Assembly: GCA_002104905.1 (NCBI GenBank)
Contig: MCFE01000262.1
Location: forward strand, 44,602-108,601
DNA from: Basidiobolus meristosporus CBS 931.73
Lineage: Eukaryota; Fungi; Basidiobolomycota
Length of the DNA: 64,000 nt
Reading direction: 5' to 3'
Positions 49,552 through 59,588 of this stretch are shown piece by piece; the stretch's first letter is position 1, and every line of letters begins with the position of its first letter. Below the pieces are notes generated by a model. The model searched no databases, was not told where the DNA came from, and was given only the letters and a program-made list of their open reading frames with translations. Position numbers and translations under genes: made by a program.

Positions 49552-51596
49552 ATGCCATTGCCTCCGCGTATCATCCCCTGGACAAGCAATGAGGAGTACG
49601 AATTAGTGTACGGTTGGTTATACGCCGAGGCTCCTGATCTCCATTTGCGAGAATTGGGTGTTAAGAGGGTACGAATATTTTACCCAAGTTTCGCGAAACA
49701 AAGCTTACCAGATGTCGCTTTAGGTTAAGGCTTGGAGAAGTCGCGGCAGAGTGCCTCAAGCTGTAGAGGCAACCGCTGGCTTTGTTGAGGTTTCCTTGAG
49801 AGACTATTTCGAAGCCGGTCGAATCTCAAGTCATGAACTAAGACTGATGTACACCATGATATTTATCAGGTAACTTTTACTGTACCAATTGGCAGAGGCT
49901 TCTATGGTTAACCGATTCGGCAGATTCGTAAACGGCCTGGTGGATGCTGAACAAAACAAGCAATTTGCCCAGTCCGTGGCTGGCTTAGCAGATAGACTGA
50001 ACCTACCACCGTGGTTTGTTGACTTGAGACATGCTGGAACACATGAGAATTTGCCAAGTTTGCAGACTTTACGAACCGGATGCCAACAAGTATGATGTTT
50101 TATGAGGGATTTCAAAATGGCCATGTTGTTGAGTAACATGGTATCACAGGCGTTGCAATGGCTGAATGATAATTATTGGTCAGTCAAAACTACTTACCCC
50201 GATTGCATATCGGAGGTGCGCGAGCAACTTTCGACGTACAAAGATCTCGGGAAGCAATTCGCCAAGGGTACGTGGCTATTCTTCGTGGGCAAGCGCCTCC
50301 TATTCCAACCACTTGGCTATTTATTTTAGATCCCAAGAGAACCATGAATCCTACTGCTGAAAATTCTCCTTCGCAAAAAGCCCTCCGAGAAATCGTATCG
50401 TTGAACGATCCAGAGACGCTCAAGCTCATGCTGATACCAGTGCTTCTAGAGAACGGCTTTTTGGTGCCAGCTGGGAAGAAGTGAGTAAAAAGTACGCATT
50501 GCCTACAGTCCAGATTTACCAACGTCGCATCAGGAAACGTTCCTCACTGCCCGAACTGAATCTCTCTCAGGATTTACTTGCGCTCTGGGCTCCGCTTTTG
50601 CAGAAGTTTGATGGAACTTGGAAAAGCTTCGGCGATGATTTAATTGCTGGCATCTTGGATCAGTTTGATTACGACGAAAGTAGGGGAGTCAGCACTCTAC
50701 GTTGATTGACTTGCTCACTAACCAATTTTCCAGCCACTATCAAAAACATCAGCGTTGGTGTACTGCCCCAAGAAGAGGTTTGTCCCCTACAACCCATGCT
50801 TGTGGTCGAACCGATCCTGACCCCTCTTGATATAGAGCACTAAACGCCCCAATAGAAGCACCAGCTATCTGCTTACGCTGAGTACATGACGCGGGTTTTT
50901 ATTGCAATCAAAGTAACATCTACTAACATGATATCTCTGTAGCGGCATGGCTCAAGCATTTTGTCAAGAATTATTACACGAAAGAGGATGTCCTCTTATC
51001 TAATATGCAAATGGACGATCTCCTAGAGGGATGTTTGAGGAAGCCAACTGTATAGTAAGTATGGATACGATGGTCTGGTCTCATGAGCCACCGCTTACGA
51101 CGGATTTAAAGCACCCGTAGCGTTCTTTTGACTATTGTGGAGTACGATCCGGAGCTCGGAAAGCGACTTTCCCCATTCATCAAGTTCATCACCAAATCCC
51201 TCACCAACAAAAGCGTAAGAAGTTCACCATCGGCGGTCATGCGGTGTTCATTGCTGACAAACAATTCTATAGAGCATCAAGAGCTTCAAGGAGCTGCCCA
51301 CCATCACAGAAAGCGACATGCAGCAGGAAATCCATACGCTGAAATCCAGGGTAATCAAAGTATTTGGTGAGTCCGGTTCGAGCCCAGACCCAGAAGGCCA
51401 GGAGGAGGAGGATCAAGCCGTGGATATGGACGTAGATTCAAATGAGGCCGACGACGATTTGGAGATGTCCAGTAAGTGGCAGCTGTATGATGCAGACTCA
51501 TGGACCTCTTGTCCATTTGGGACCCTGCCTGGTGGTGTAATTCCTTCATTAGATCTGCCACTGGAGTTGGATGGCCCTAGCTCCCCAATCCGTTAG
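49552..51596 (+). CDS. LAS1: Las1 HEPN pre-rRNA endonuclease, multi-exon
   Basis: PRIIPW, VKAWRSRGRVPQAVEATA, RFVNGLVD, LPPWFVDLRHAGTHENLPSL (HEPN RHxxxH), LQWLNDNYW. Confidence 0.9.
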
Positions 51597-51730
51597 ATAT
51601 GTTTGTAAATGTTCTCTAGTTACGTTGGCCATTACGGAAATAAATAGACAAGTACTGCTGTTTCCTTATCTCTCATGTACAATGGAGCAAGTATGCAAAG
51701 ATCCCCCCCCCCATTTATTAACATTAAGCA

Positions 51731-52489
51731 TTAGAGTTCGAATTGCTGTGGCTTCATCTTCAAGTTGCAAGAGGCATCATCATCAAAGAACCAGTAAAGC
51801 TTGCCATGAGTGGGCTTCACCATCTGCGAGGGGAGGTTGGACTCTTGCTCAAGAACCATGGGTACGATATCCTTCTTATTGTCCCCGGTGACGACAAATA
51901 CTGCTGCGTGACAATGATTAAGCACTGGTAGTGTCAAAGTGATTCTTCTTGGAGGTGGCTTGGGCGAATCCTCAATGGGAGCAACCCACTCGTACTGCTC
52001 CTGGAGAAGAGGGTGCCCAGGGAAGAGAGAGCATGTGTGTCCGTCTGGCCCAATGCCCAGAAGAATCATGTCAAACACCGGGAACATCACGTCTGTCTTG
52101 GAGGCAAACACCTTGCGCAATGTGTCCTGGTAATCGTCACTGGCTTTTGCAGTATCCTTGACCAAAGAATTGTTGATGGTGTAGATCTGGGCGTCAGGGA
52201 TGCTGACATGATCAAATAGCGCTCTCTTGGCCAAAAGGTAGTTTGAGTCTTCGTGATCCAAGGGAACGCAACGCTCGTCCGCGAAGAACACGTGCCACTT
52301 GCTCCACTGTACCGAAGGATCGTCCTTCAACACGGCCGACAATGTTTGTGGAAGTGAGCCGCCTGAGAGGGCGATGGTGAAGCGACCATGGCGCTGGATG
52401 GCCTCTGCAGAGGCTTTGGCAACAAACTTTGCTAAGGCGACGGACACCTCCGAGCAGTTGGGGAAGCTGTAAACTATGGGAGTAGCCAT
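51731..52489 (-). CDS. SOL3: 6-phosphogluconolactonase, single exon
   Basis: FTIALSGGSLP, FFADERCVP, DSNY, ILLGIGPDGHTCSLFPGH, DSPKPPPRRITLT. Confidence 0.95.
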   Translation of the reverse strand: MATPIVYSFPNCSEVSVALAKFVAKASAEAIQRHGRFTIALSGGSLPQTLSAVLKDDPSVQWSKWHVFFADERCVPLDHEDSNYLLAKRALFDHVSIPDAQIYTINNSLVKDTAKASDDYQDTLRKVFASKTDVMFPVFDMILLGIGPDGHTCSLFPGHPLLQEQYEWVAPIEDSPKPPPRRITLTLPVLNHCHAAVFVVTGDNKKDIVPMVLEQESNLPSQMVKPTHGKLYWFFDDDASCNLKMKPQQFEL

Positions 52490-52710
52490 GGTTTGTGAAA
52501 CAAGAACTAACCAAAACGAACACCCAAAGTCCGTTTATATTTGAATTCCGGATGACGCAACGCTGATCAAGTACCTGGCTTTATCGCCAAATACGTCGAT
52601 AGCTGCCCCGTTCGGATGTCACTATTCCGAGAAGCTTGATTACAAATAATACATCCGGTAAAGAGGAGACATTGGTCAAACAAGCCTAGGCCTGATGTGG
52701 TGGATAATAG

Positions 52711-52743
52711 TTAGCCCCAACCCAACCCAACCCTAACCCTAAC
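52711..52743 (-). promoter_or_regulatory. Telomere-like tract (GTTAGGG)2(TTGGG)3 plus GCTAA, between the eL20 poly(A) region and the 6PGL promoter
   Basis: Plus strand reads TTAGCCCCAACCCAACCCAACCCTAACCCTAAC. Regulatory role is inferred. Confidence 0.5.
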
Positions 52744-52796
52744 AGTTCATGCTATTTGTATATTTATTGCAAAACCCAATAAAACCAGTCATGAAT

Positions 52797-53470
52797 TTAG
52801 TAGAAAGTGGAAGGACGCTTAGCAATGAAGAGGCTGCGATTGGCCTTGTTAGCGGGGCGGGCAACACGGTGGGGAAGAGGGAAGCGAAGCTTGGGCACCA
52901 TGAGCTGCTTAATGTAGGGGCGACGGACATCAGCATTGGCAACCTCAGCAACACGGATAATTTGAATAGATCTGAAGCGGGCACGGTGACGAGCAGCCAT
53001 GTCTTGGTAGCAGGCCTCGACGGCATCGTTACGGGTCAACTCGCGGTACTCCTTGTACATATTGTGGGTACCGGAGCGGGAGTCGTAACGAAGCCAGACA
53101 CCGAAAGTCTTGATCTTCAAGGGGTTCTTTTCGAAGATCTCGTTAAGGGAAACAATCTCGCCAGCAGCCTTCTTGACCTTCTTGAGCTTGGTTAAGAAGT
53201 ACCAGAAACGGCTCTTGGCAACAACTTCATTAGGAGCAAAGATTCTCATACGGAAGAGTCTGGGGACAGGCTCCTTCTCGGAAGGCAGCTTACGGCCAAT
53301 GATTTGATATTCGTGCAACTAAAGAACACCGGGAATTAGCTCACATTGTTTAACGGTATTGATCGATGGATGGAACCGTTCGATGGATATATATCACTCG
53401 TGTGTATTCGTCCACTACATACTAATCTAGTAGTCCCCTCCCACAGACACTGTCTACTTACTCTACCCAT
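52797..53470 (-). CDS. RPL20: 60S ribosomal protein eL20 (L18a), exon 1 = MGR, intron 53461-53319
   Basis: [58 protein letters not shown]. Confidence 0.97.
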
Positions 53471-53823
53471 GATGCTTATGAAGATTCGATGCACACCTGA
53501 AAGAGGAAGAGGGATTCTTGTATGCTACTGAATGCCCATTTATGACCGCCTCCTGCTCGGATGATTGGTGCATTTCGCGGCAAATTTTGGGATCATCCAG
53601 GAAAAATTGTTTTCTACCTCGAACGAGGGACGTCATTCCTTGCCGCTACGAAATGGCGCTTCTCCAGCAATTGACAAACCAGCGAAAATATCATTAAGTT
53701 ACGAAGTAGCTTGTTTTATTTGGGGGTTTAGACTGCAATTATACAGATGACATCCTCGTGTTGAGGCAAGGATAAAATCCAATAACAGGTGTGTTTCCAG
53801 CGGAATTCCTAGCAGCCGAGAGT

Positions 53824-53901
53824 TTATTTGGATCTGGCTCTCATCTTTCTTCTCTTGCGCTTGAGACGTCTTTGTCTCTTCTTCTTCCACTTATCTCTCA
53901 T
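53824..53901 (-). CDS. RPL41: Ribosomal protein eL41 (eS32), 25 aa; ATG directly after a 5'-UTR intron (53958-53902)
   Basis: Translation MRDKWKKKRQRRLKRKRRKMRARSK*, the diagnostic eL41 sequence. Confidence 0.95.
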   Translation of the reverse strand: MRDKWKKKRQRRLKRKRRKMRARSK

Positions 53902-54090
53902 CTATGGAGGGAATATTTAATGACGTTTCCCAGGTATGAAGCAGATGGTTAAAGTTACCTGAAGGTGATCGACCAAAGTGAAATCGGGAAAGTGCTTGAG
54001 TCCGTGTAGTATGCTTATATACGCTTTTCGGGACCCCTACCCAATCATAACCCTGGCTGATTAGGCTGGGCTAGGGTTGAGGATGCCAAG

Positions 54091-54107
54091 CGTCATGTGA
54101 CATGACG
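54091..54107. promoter_or_regulatory. 17-bp palindrome CGTCATGT-G-ACATGACG in the eL41/Rab5 divergent promoter
   Basis: Perfect 8-bp arms with a 1-nt spacer. Contains an E-box/M-box-like TCATGTGA. Confidence 0.45.
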
Positions 54108-54464
54108 ATATTGAGGCCTATTCTAAATAGCCCCAAATAGCCCATATTCCTCAAATGGTGGTTATTATTACGTGAAGTTGTATTGCCTAATTGACATACT
54201 TTGATCGGATTTTCAGAGTGTTCTCCCCCTTCCTCTTAATCCTATTACGCATACTATTGTTAAAACAAATATTCTCTTGCTGCTTATAGTCCATCTCTTG
54301 CTTAGCTGTCCACGAAAGTAACAAGTTGCGTACAATTTCCTTTCTCCCCATTGGCACAGACCGATATTTCTCGAATATTGGGCCCGCTTCTCTATTGAAA
54401 ACCTACAAGAATTAACCCTCGTATCCATTGTAGACGTCATTTTTTCAACCTAAATACTACAATC

Positions 54465-55589
54465 ATGTCTGCACAACCAAGACAAGCAGCCAGCCAAAGT
54501 TCGTCCAAGTTACATCAATTCAAATTAGTCCTCCTTGGTAAGGCTCATATATCACCTGCTTTGCTGATATATTGCAACTAATCAAGCTCATCTGGTATCC
54601 AGGGGAGTCAGCAGTAGGAAAATCAAGGCATCTATCGTTTGGATTTACTCGAATTGCCAATATACTAGAGGTTAACTCATTACTGATTGTTGTAGCTTGG
54701 TTCTCCGTTTTGTCAAAGACCAATTCGACGATTATAGAGAGAGTACCATTGGAGGTAAAACTTCACACGCATCCAGGTTCCCTTTCAATTTCCTCGTGCT
54801 CATCTATGTTTAATAGCTGCTTTTCTTACACAAACGATTTCCCTTGATGACAACACTACCGTCAAATTTGAGATCTGGTAAGCATCCGAATGCGGAACTT
54901 TTACCTGGCGGTATTTAATATGTTTATCACAGGGATACCGCTGGTCAAGAGAGATATAAGGTACTCATAAGCAAGCGTCAAGTGTCACCCAAATTCACGC
55001 CTTGTTAACTGTTACACTTGTCTTCAGAGTCTAGCTCCAATGTACTATCGTAATGCTAATTGTGCCGTCGTTGTCTATGATATCACTCAACCGGTAGGCC
55101 ATTCTTAACATCTGAATGACCGTCCAGCTATTTATCGATTGAATCTAGGCCTCTCTGGATAAAGCCAAATCTTGGATCAAAGAGTTGCAAAGACAAGCTG
55201 ACCCCAACATTGTGATTGCACTTGCGGGCAACAAAAGCGATCTGGTTTCTCGTCGTGCCATTCCTACCGAGGTATCTAGTCGCACCTTCCAACGCTCAAG
55301 TGCGCGAGACTAATGGGTGGTTTTAGGAAGCGCAAGCTTACGCTGACGAAGCAGGACTGTTGTTTTTCGAAACTTCAGCCAAAACTGCCCAGAACGTTAA
55401 CGACCTGTTCACAGCTCTAGGTACGACAGTCTTCCTAAGTTCACTGCTAGCAGCAACTAATTAGTCATTTGTGCAGCCAAGAAATTGCCGTTGGAGCAGA
55501 TCACATCTGCCCGTAACCGTAATGGAATGAACCAAAGACAGGGAGTTGACTTGACCCAAAACAACGACACCAATGGATGTGCTTGTTAA
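54465..55589 (+). CDS. Rab5/Ypt5/Vps21 GTPase, 8 exons including a GC-AG intron (54628-54695)
   Basis: Spliced [68 protein letters not shown]-terminal CAC*. Confidence 0.95.
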
Positions 55590-55887
55590 ATCATCCCACC
55601 CCCTTTGCTAGTTGTTTATTTATATGTGATGTCTATGCCGATCATTCCTTCCCTTTCTATTGCCGATAAAGTGCATTATTTATCTTGAGTCGAATTTTCT
55701 TTTCCGCGTACCATCCTAGCCGACATTCAATCGGAGCCTGTCTATGGCTTCCCGGAATTTCTTCATTCATAAAGATTCGTTTGAACAGATTAGTGATACG
55801 TCTTGACTCGGATCAAACACATGAAACCTGCCTAGATTTGCATCGCTACATTGGTATTGATGAAGGAAATTTCTTGTGTGAAGTGAA

Positions 55888-55981
55888 CATTACACATGCG
55901 GGTGGCGGGTGCATACATCTTCCAGCGAAACAAACATACCACATGCGGGTAGTGGGTGCATATATCTTCCAGCGAAACTAA
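55888..55981 (+). repeat. 47-bp tandem duplication upstream of the 56140 gene
   Basis: CATTACACATGCGGGTGGCGGGTGCATACATCTTCCAGCGAAACAAA then CATACCACATGCGGGTAGTGGGTGCATATATCTTCCAGCGAAACTAA. Confidence 0.85.
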
Positions 55982-56139
55982 CGTATAAATTCCTGTCACA
56001 TGCATGACTCTAATCGTTTCCCTCGCCGTCCGTAATTCCTCACCCTCGTCTTGGTCTTGATATCTGTCACCCGCAGACCCGTCGATTGTTCATACTTCCC
56101 GCCAAGTGTTATCTTCTGTACATTTCCCAACATATCTAG

Positions 56140-56526
56140 ATGAATACAAACCACGCACGTAAGCTTTCTGTAGACTACCAGGGGGAGTTCTGGGTGCCTA
56201 TGCGTCGAGGCTCTGTTCAACTCTGTGACACCACCACTGTTGTTGCAGCGGATCGTTCACTCGGAAAAAGAAACTCTCTGGTGGCTACTATGCTTAGACT
56301 AACGCCTGAAGATGAAGAACTTACAAACAGGAAGCGGCCCGAGTCGTCCTATGTGTCCTTTCCGCAGCTTGAGGATGAGGAGGAGCCGGAGGCGGGTAAA
56401 GAGCAGGAGGGCCATCCGGCTAAATACCCGGTTCATCTGCAAAGCAGAAGGGCATCCATCGCTGGAGCGGTTTCCTATATTTTCTCGACTGATCAATGGG
56501 TTCAAAAAACCGCCACCGCCATTTGA
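56140..56526 (+). CDS. Small disordered protein with several basophilic (PKA-type) sites; 128 aa unspliced or 98 aa if 56159-56248 is spliced
   Basis: Open ORF with RKLS, RRGS, KRNS and RRAS. In-frame 90-nt GTAAGC...TTGCAG segment. Flanked by a promoter-like region and AATAAA at about 56566. Confidence 0.6.
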   Translation: MNTNHARKLSVDYQGEFWVPMRRGSVQLCDTTTVVAADRSLGKRNSLVATMLRLTPEDEELTNRKRPESSYVSFPQLEDEEEPEAGKEQEGHPAKYPVHLQSRRASIAGAVSYIFSTDQWVQKTATAI

Positions 56527-56646
56527 TAGAATCCTAGAGTTTGATGGATAGTGTACATGGTAGAGAATAAATTTCCCATTTATTCGAGTATATGGCGATT
56601 GTTGTGACGATTAATTTACAAGAATTATACATTTATCTCAACTTGG

Positions 56647-57161
56647 TTACAAAGACTTCATTAGCTTGACGAATTCCTCAAATTCAATGAATCCATTTCC
56701 ATCGATGTCGACTTCACTGAACATCCTCTGAATCTCGTCATCGTCGATCTGCTCCCCAAACTGCTCCAACACGTTTTTTAGTTCTTGTGGATCGATCACT
56801 CCATCTCCATCTTTATCGAAAGACAAGAACGCGTCTCGCATTTTGATCATGTTACCTCGATGTCTCCGGAACTTACTGACAGCCATATTCATGAACTCTT
56901 GGAAATCTATAACCCCGTCACCGTTGGCATCTGCCTCAGATATCATGCGTGTCAAGTCTTCTGGAGTTGGAGCTTGCCCAAGCGATACCATTGTTTTATG
57001 CAGCTTCTTTCTATCAATATAGCCAGTATTGTCATAGTCGAGCTGTCGGAATGCTTCTTTGCACTCGGCATATTGTTGGGTAGTTAATTGATCGGCCTAT
57101 TTTCCCAAAGGGATTAGTGGATGTCGAGGCTTAGGCTTATGAATGAGTTTGGGCTTACCAT
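56647..57161 (-). CDS. Divergent calmodulin-like protein, 150 aa (exon 1 = ATG only; intron 57158-57097)
   Basis: MADQLTTQQYAECKEAF start and an intron straight after ATG, as in many calmodulin genes. Four EF-hand positions. Confidence 0.9.
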
Positions 57162-57626
57162 CTCCGCTTGTCTTTAAGGTTACGGAGCAGCTGTATAGTA
57201 GTTAAAGGCTTGCGAGGGTGGTCGTACTTGGTAAACAGCCAGCCTTTTGAAACTTTCCATTTCAGTTTAGCGTCAGGTACCATCAATCAAGTTTGGTAAA
57301 TAACCTTTTGTGTGATCTTTTTTGCTATCAGCTACCATAAGCTACCATTAGCTACATTTGGTATCACATTTCAACCCTGCTAATTGAATGCATGTATCAC
57401 GCAAACTTGTTTACGTGGGCTGCATGTCATACGAGGAACAATAGGTATAACAACGATATTGTTGATTAATTGGGCTTTTGTTGATTAATTGGCTTGGGCT
57501 AAACACACACATATTAATGATGAGATGCCAAAAAGCAAAGGGCGAACGGCTTGGAGTACAACAAATGAAGGGCTTAGGGCTCAGAGAATGACACAGTGCT
57601 TAAATAAGTGCCAACTTGTCTTGTAG

Positions 57627-58171
57627 TATGATAGCAACGACGGGCCTACTCACCTGGATCATGCGTATGCTGTTTGAGCACTTATGGTCGTTAAATCAAT
57701 TGGAGATTGATATTTCTTAGCACTGCGACTAATTACCAATCAACCATTGACCCTTCACTGGCCAACCGTCTAAATCCCCGGGCTAAACGTGACCAACACT
57801 GGAAACACGCTGCAAGTCAATATGCCTAACCCTACCAACCTGCCAGTAGACATGGACGATACGACCTCTGCCAGTAGACCTGGACGATACGACCTATCGA
57901 TTGGAGCAGTTCCACTTTCATACTCCCTCTGAGCATCCCATGAATATTTCGATATGGAGATGCATTTTGTCTTGAGCAAGCGTGACTACTGGGCATACGT
58001 TGGAAGCCTAACAGCCCCTCCTTGCACGGCAATTGGTGCCTTTTCAATCTAAAGTGCTGAGCATATCTAAGGTTCCTATTGTGGGAGGGAGTCCGTTGGG
58101 TCATTTCTCACAAGATACAACTCCACACCATTCGCCAGGTGATCAAGTTCAATGCCCGTTTCATTCAATAG
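57627..58171 (+). pseudogene. Alpha-carbonic anhydrase pseudogene
   Basis: Collinear motifs in shifting frames: YDSNDGP-H-W, QSTID (QSPID-like), VTNTGNTLQV, YRLEQFHFHTPSEH (57901-57936), YFDMEMHFV, YWAYVGSLTAPPCT, KFNARFIQ. Frameshifts, a 28-bp duplication and large deletions. Confidence 0.85.
57840..57895 (+). repeat. 28-bp tandem duplication (frameshifting) inside the CA pseudogene
   Basis: CTGCCAGTAGACATGGACGATACGACCT / CTGCCAGTAGACCTGGACGATACGACCT. Confidence 0.9.
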
Positions 58172-58457
58172 CTTATCTTCTCTCAAAACGTTTACTAGCA
58201 TTTCGCAAGGTCTCAATGGCATTAGCAGTTATTAATATTGTTTGAGTGCAGGCATATCTCAATATCATCACTCAATTGCAGTGTGATTAAACACCCGCAT
58301 TTTTCGACTATGGTATTGGTGAGAATACCCGAATAAGTGTCACTATTCCATACGGATGACGAACAAAGTTACTTCAGGTTGCTAATCTCAAAACCACCAT
58401 ATTTTGGATCTGAATGAGAGGCGGATGTTTATTATACATGAATACTTGGCATAACAA

Positions 58458-58811
58458 CTAGCGAGCGTTGGAAGAGACATTGCGGCTTCCACGAGAGTAA
58501 TTGAAGTCTCGTTCAGGTTTGGAGATGCGACTGGTGCCCTTTAGGCTACCATGCAATAGGATGTGTTCGACGACGGCGGTATTATTGGCAGTATCGAACA
58601 CACTGTCGAGCTCCTGGTGGGAGGGGGTCTCGGACACCCCAGTATTACCGCCACCGCGGGTGACGTAGACATTGAAGGTCTGCACCACGTCGGTGATTGG
58701 AATGGATTTGTCGGATTTCCATTTGCTGTATATGTCGGGGTTGACGTAGACGACGAACTCAGAGTCCGACTTTTCTTTGTCAGCGAAAACGATTTGTTGG
58801 GAGGTAGCCAT
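58458..58811 (-). CDS. RTC3: Rtc3-like (SBDS N-terminal-domain-only) protein, 117 aa
   Basis: FVVYVNPDIYSKWKSDKSIPITDVVQTFNVYVT...PSHQELDSVFDT...VVEHILLHG. Confidence 0.85.
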   Translation of the reverse strand: MATSQQIVFADKEKSDSEFVVYVNPDIYSKWKSDKSIPITDVVQTFNVYVTRGGGNTGVSETPSHQELDSVFDTANNTAVVEHILLHGSLKGTSRISKPERDFNYSRGSRNVSSNAR

Positions 58812-58994
58812 GTTGCTAAAATTCCTTCAGATTTGCCCACTTTTATATGAGTGAGTTGGTCAGAGCATGACGCCAACAAAGTAGCACAGATGATTGCGGT
58901 AATGATTGCGTCTGCGGAATCCTTGCTATACACATAACTACTGGGCAAGCAAAAGGTGGGAAATTGTTCCACAAAAGCGCCATTTTCATTTGGT

Positions 58995-59054
58995 TATTCT
59001 ACGTCGATTATTATGGCTATTCTACGTCGATTATTATGGCTATTCTACGTCGAT
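58995..59054 (+). repeat. 23-bp tandem repeat, 2.6 copies, upstream of Rtc3
   Basis: TATTCTACGTCGATTATTATGGC units with no spacers. Confidence 0.85.
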
Positions 59055-59588
59055 TTAAGCTTTTATGGAAACTGATGATTAAGATTCACACTCGACCTGA
59101 AATGGGCTTGAAGACCCGAAACTCCGTTCTACATTACGCAGTTGACTATAAAGGTTGAATACTGGACCTCATTCACGTTCTAGCATCTGGTAACACCCAC
59201 ATTGCAGGCTTGATATGGCAATGGTCAGCATAATACTCAATTCATATTCCAAGCAGATGGATCATCGATTTGACTATGTGCTAGTTAATCAGGGTGCTCG
59301 GATAAAAATTAATTTATAAAGCTGAAATAATGTTAGCAATATTTGATTATTATTCAAAAAATGCATATAAAATTATGATGAATGTGGAATGCTGAAGGCA
59401 AATGACAGGTCCAGTAGTATATTTGGCTCTGCGGTAATGGCTTATCCAATGCATAAGTTGTGCCTGTACTTTTGCCTTAGTTCAAGTTCTGGGTAAGCTG
59501 GTGGATTATATGGATTTCACATAATGACTTATGAACTTTCTAAGTACCAATTTTACTCTTACAAGGTTTAGAGTGTAAGTGTTACATT

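Noticed and set aside
52733-52743. CTAACCCTAAC as a telomerase RNA template
   Set aside because: It sits within a longer degenerate repeat in a ~300-bp intergenic gap. I see no supporting structural elements.
57840-59054. 28-bp and 23-bp repeats as a CRISPR-like array
   Set aside because: Directly adjacent tandem copies with no unique spacers, in a eukaryotic context.
14850-59300. tRNA, rRNA or snRNA genes
   Set aside because: The GGTTCGA-type hits I inspected fall in coding sequence without cloverleaf context, and I recognised no U1/U2/U5/U6 or rRNA signatures. A covariance-model scan would be needed to exclude them.
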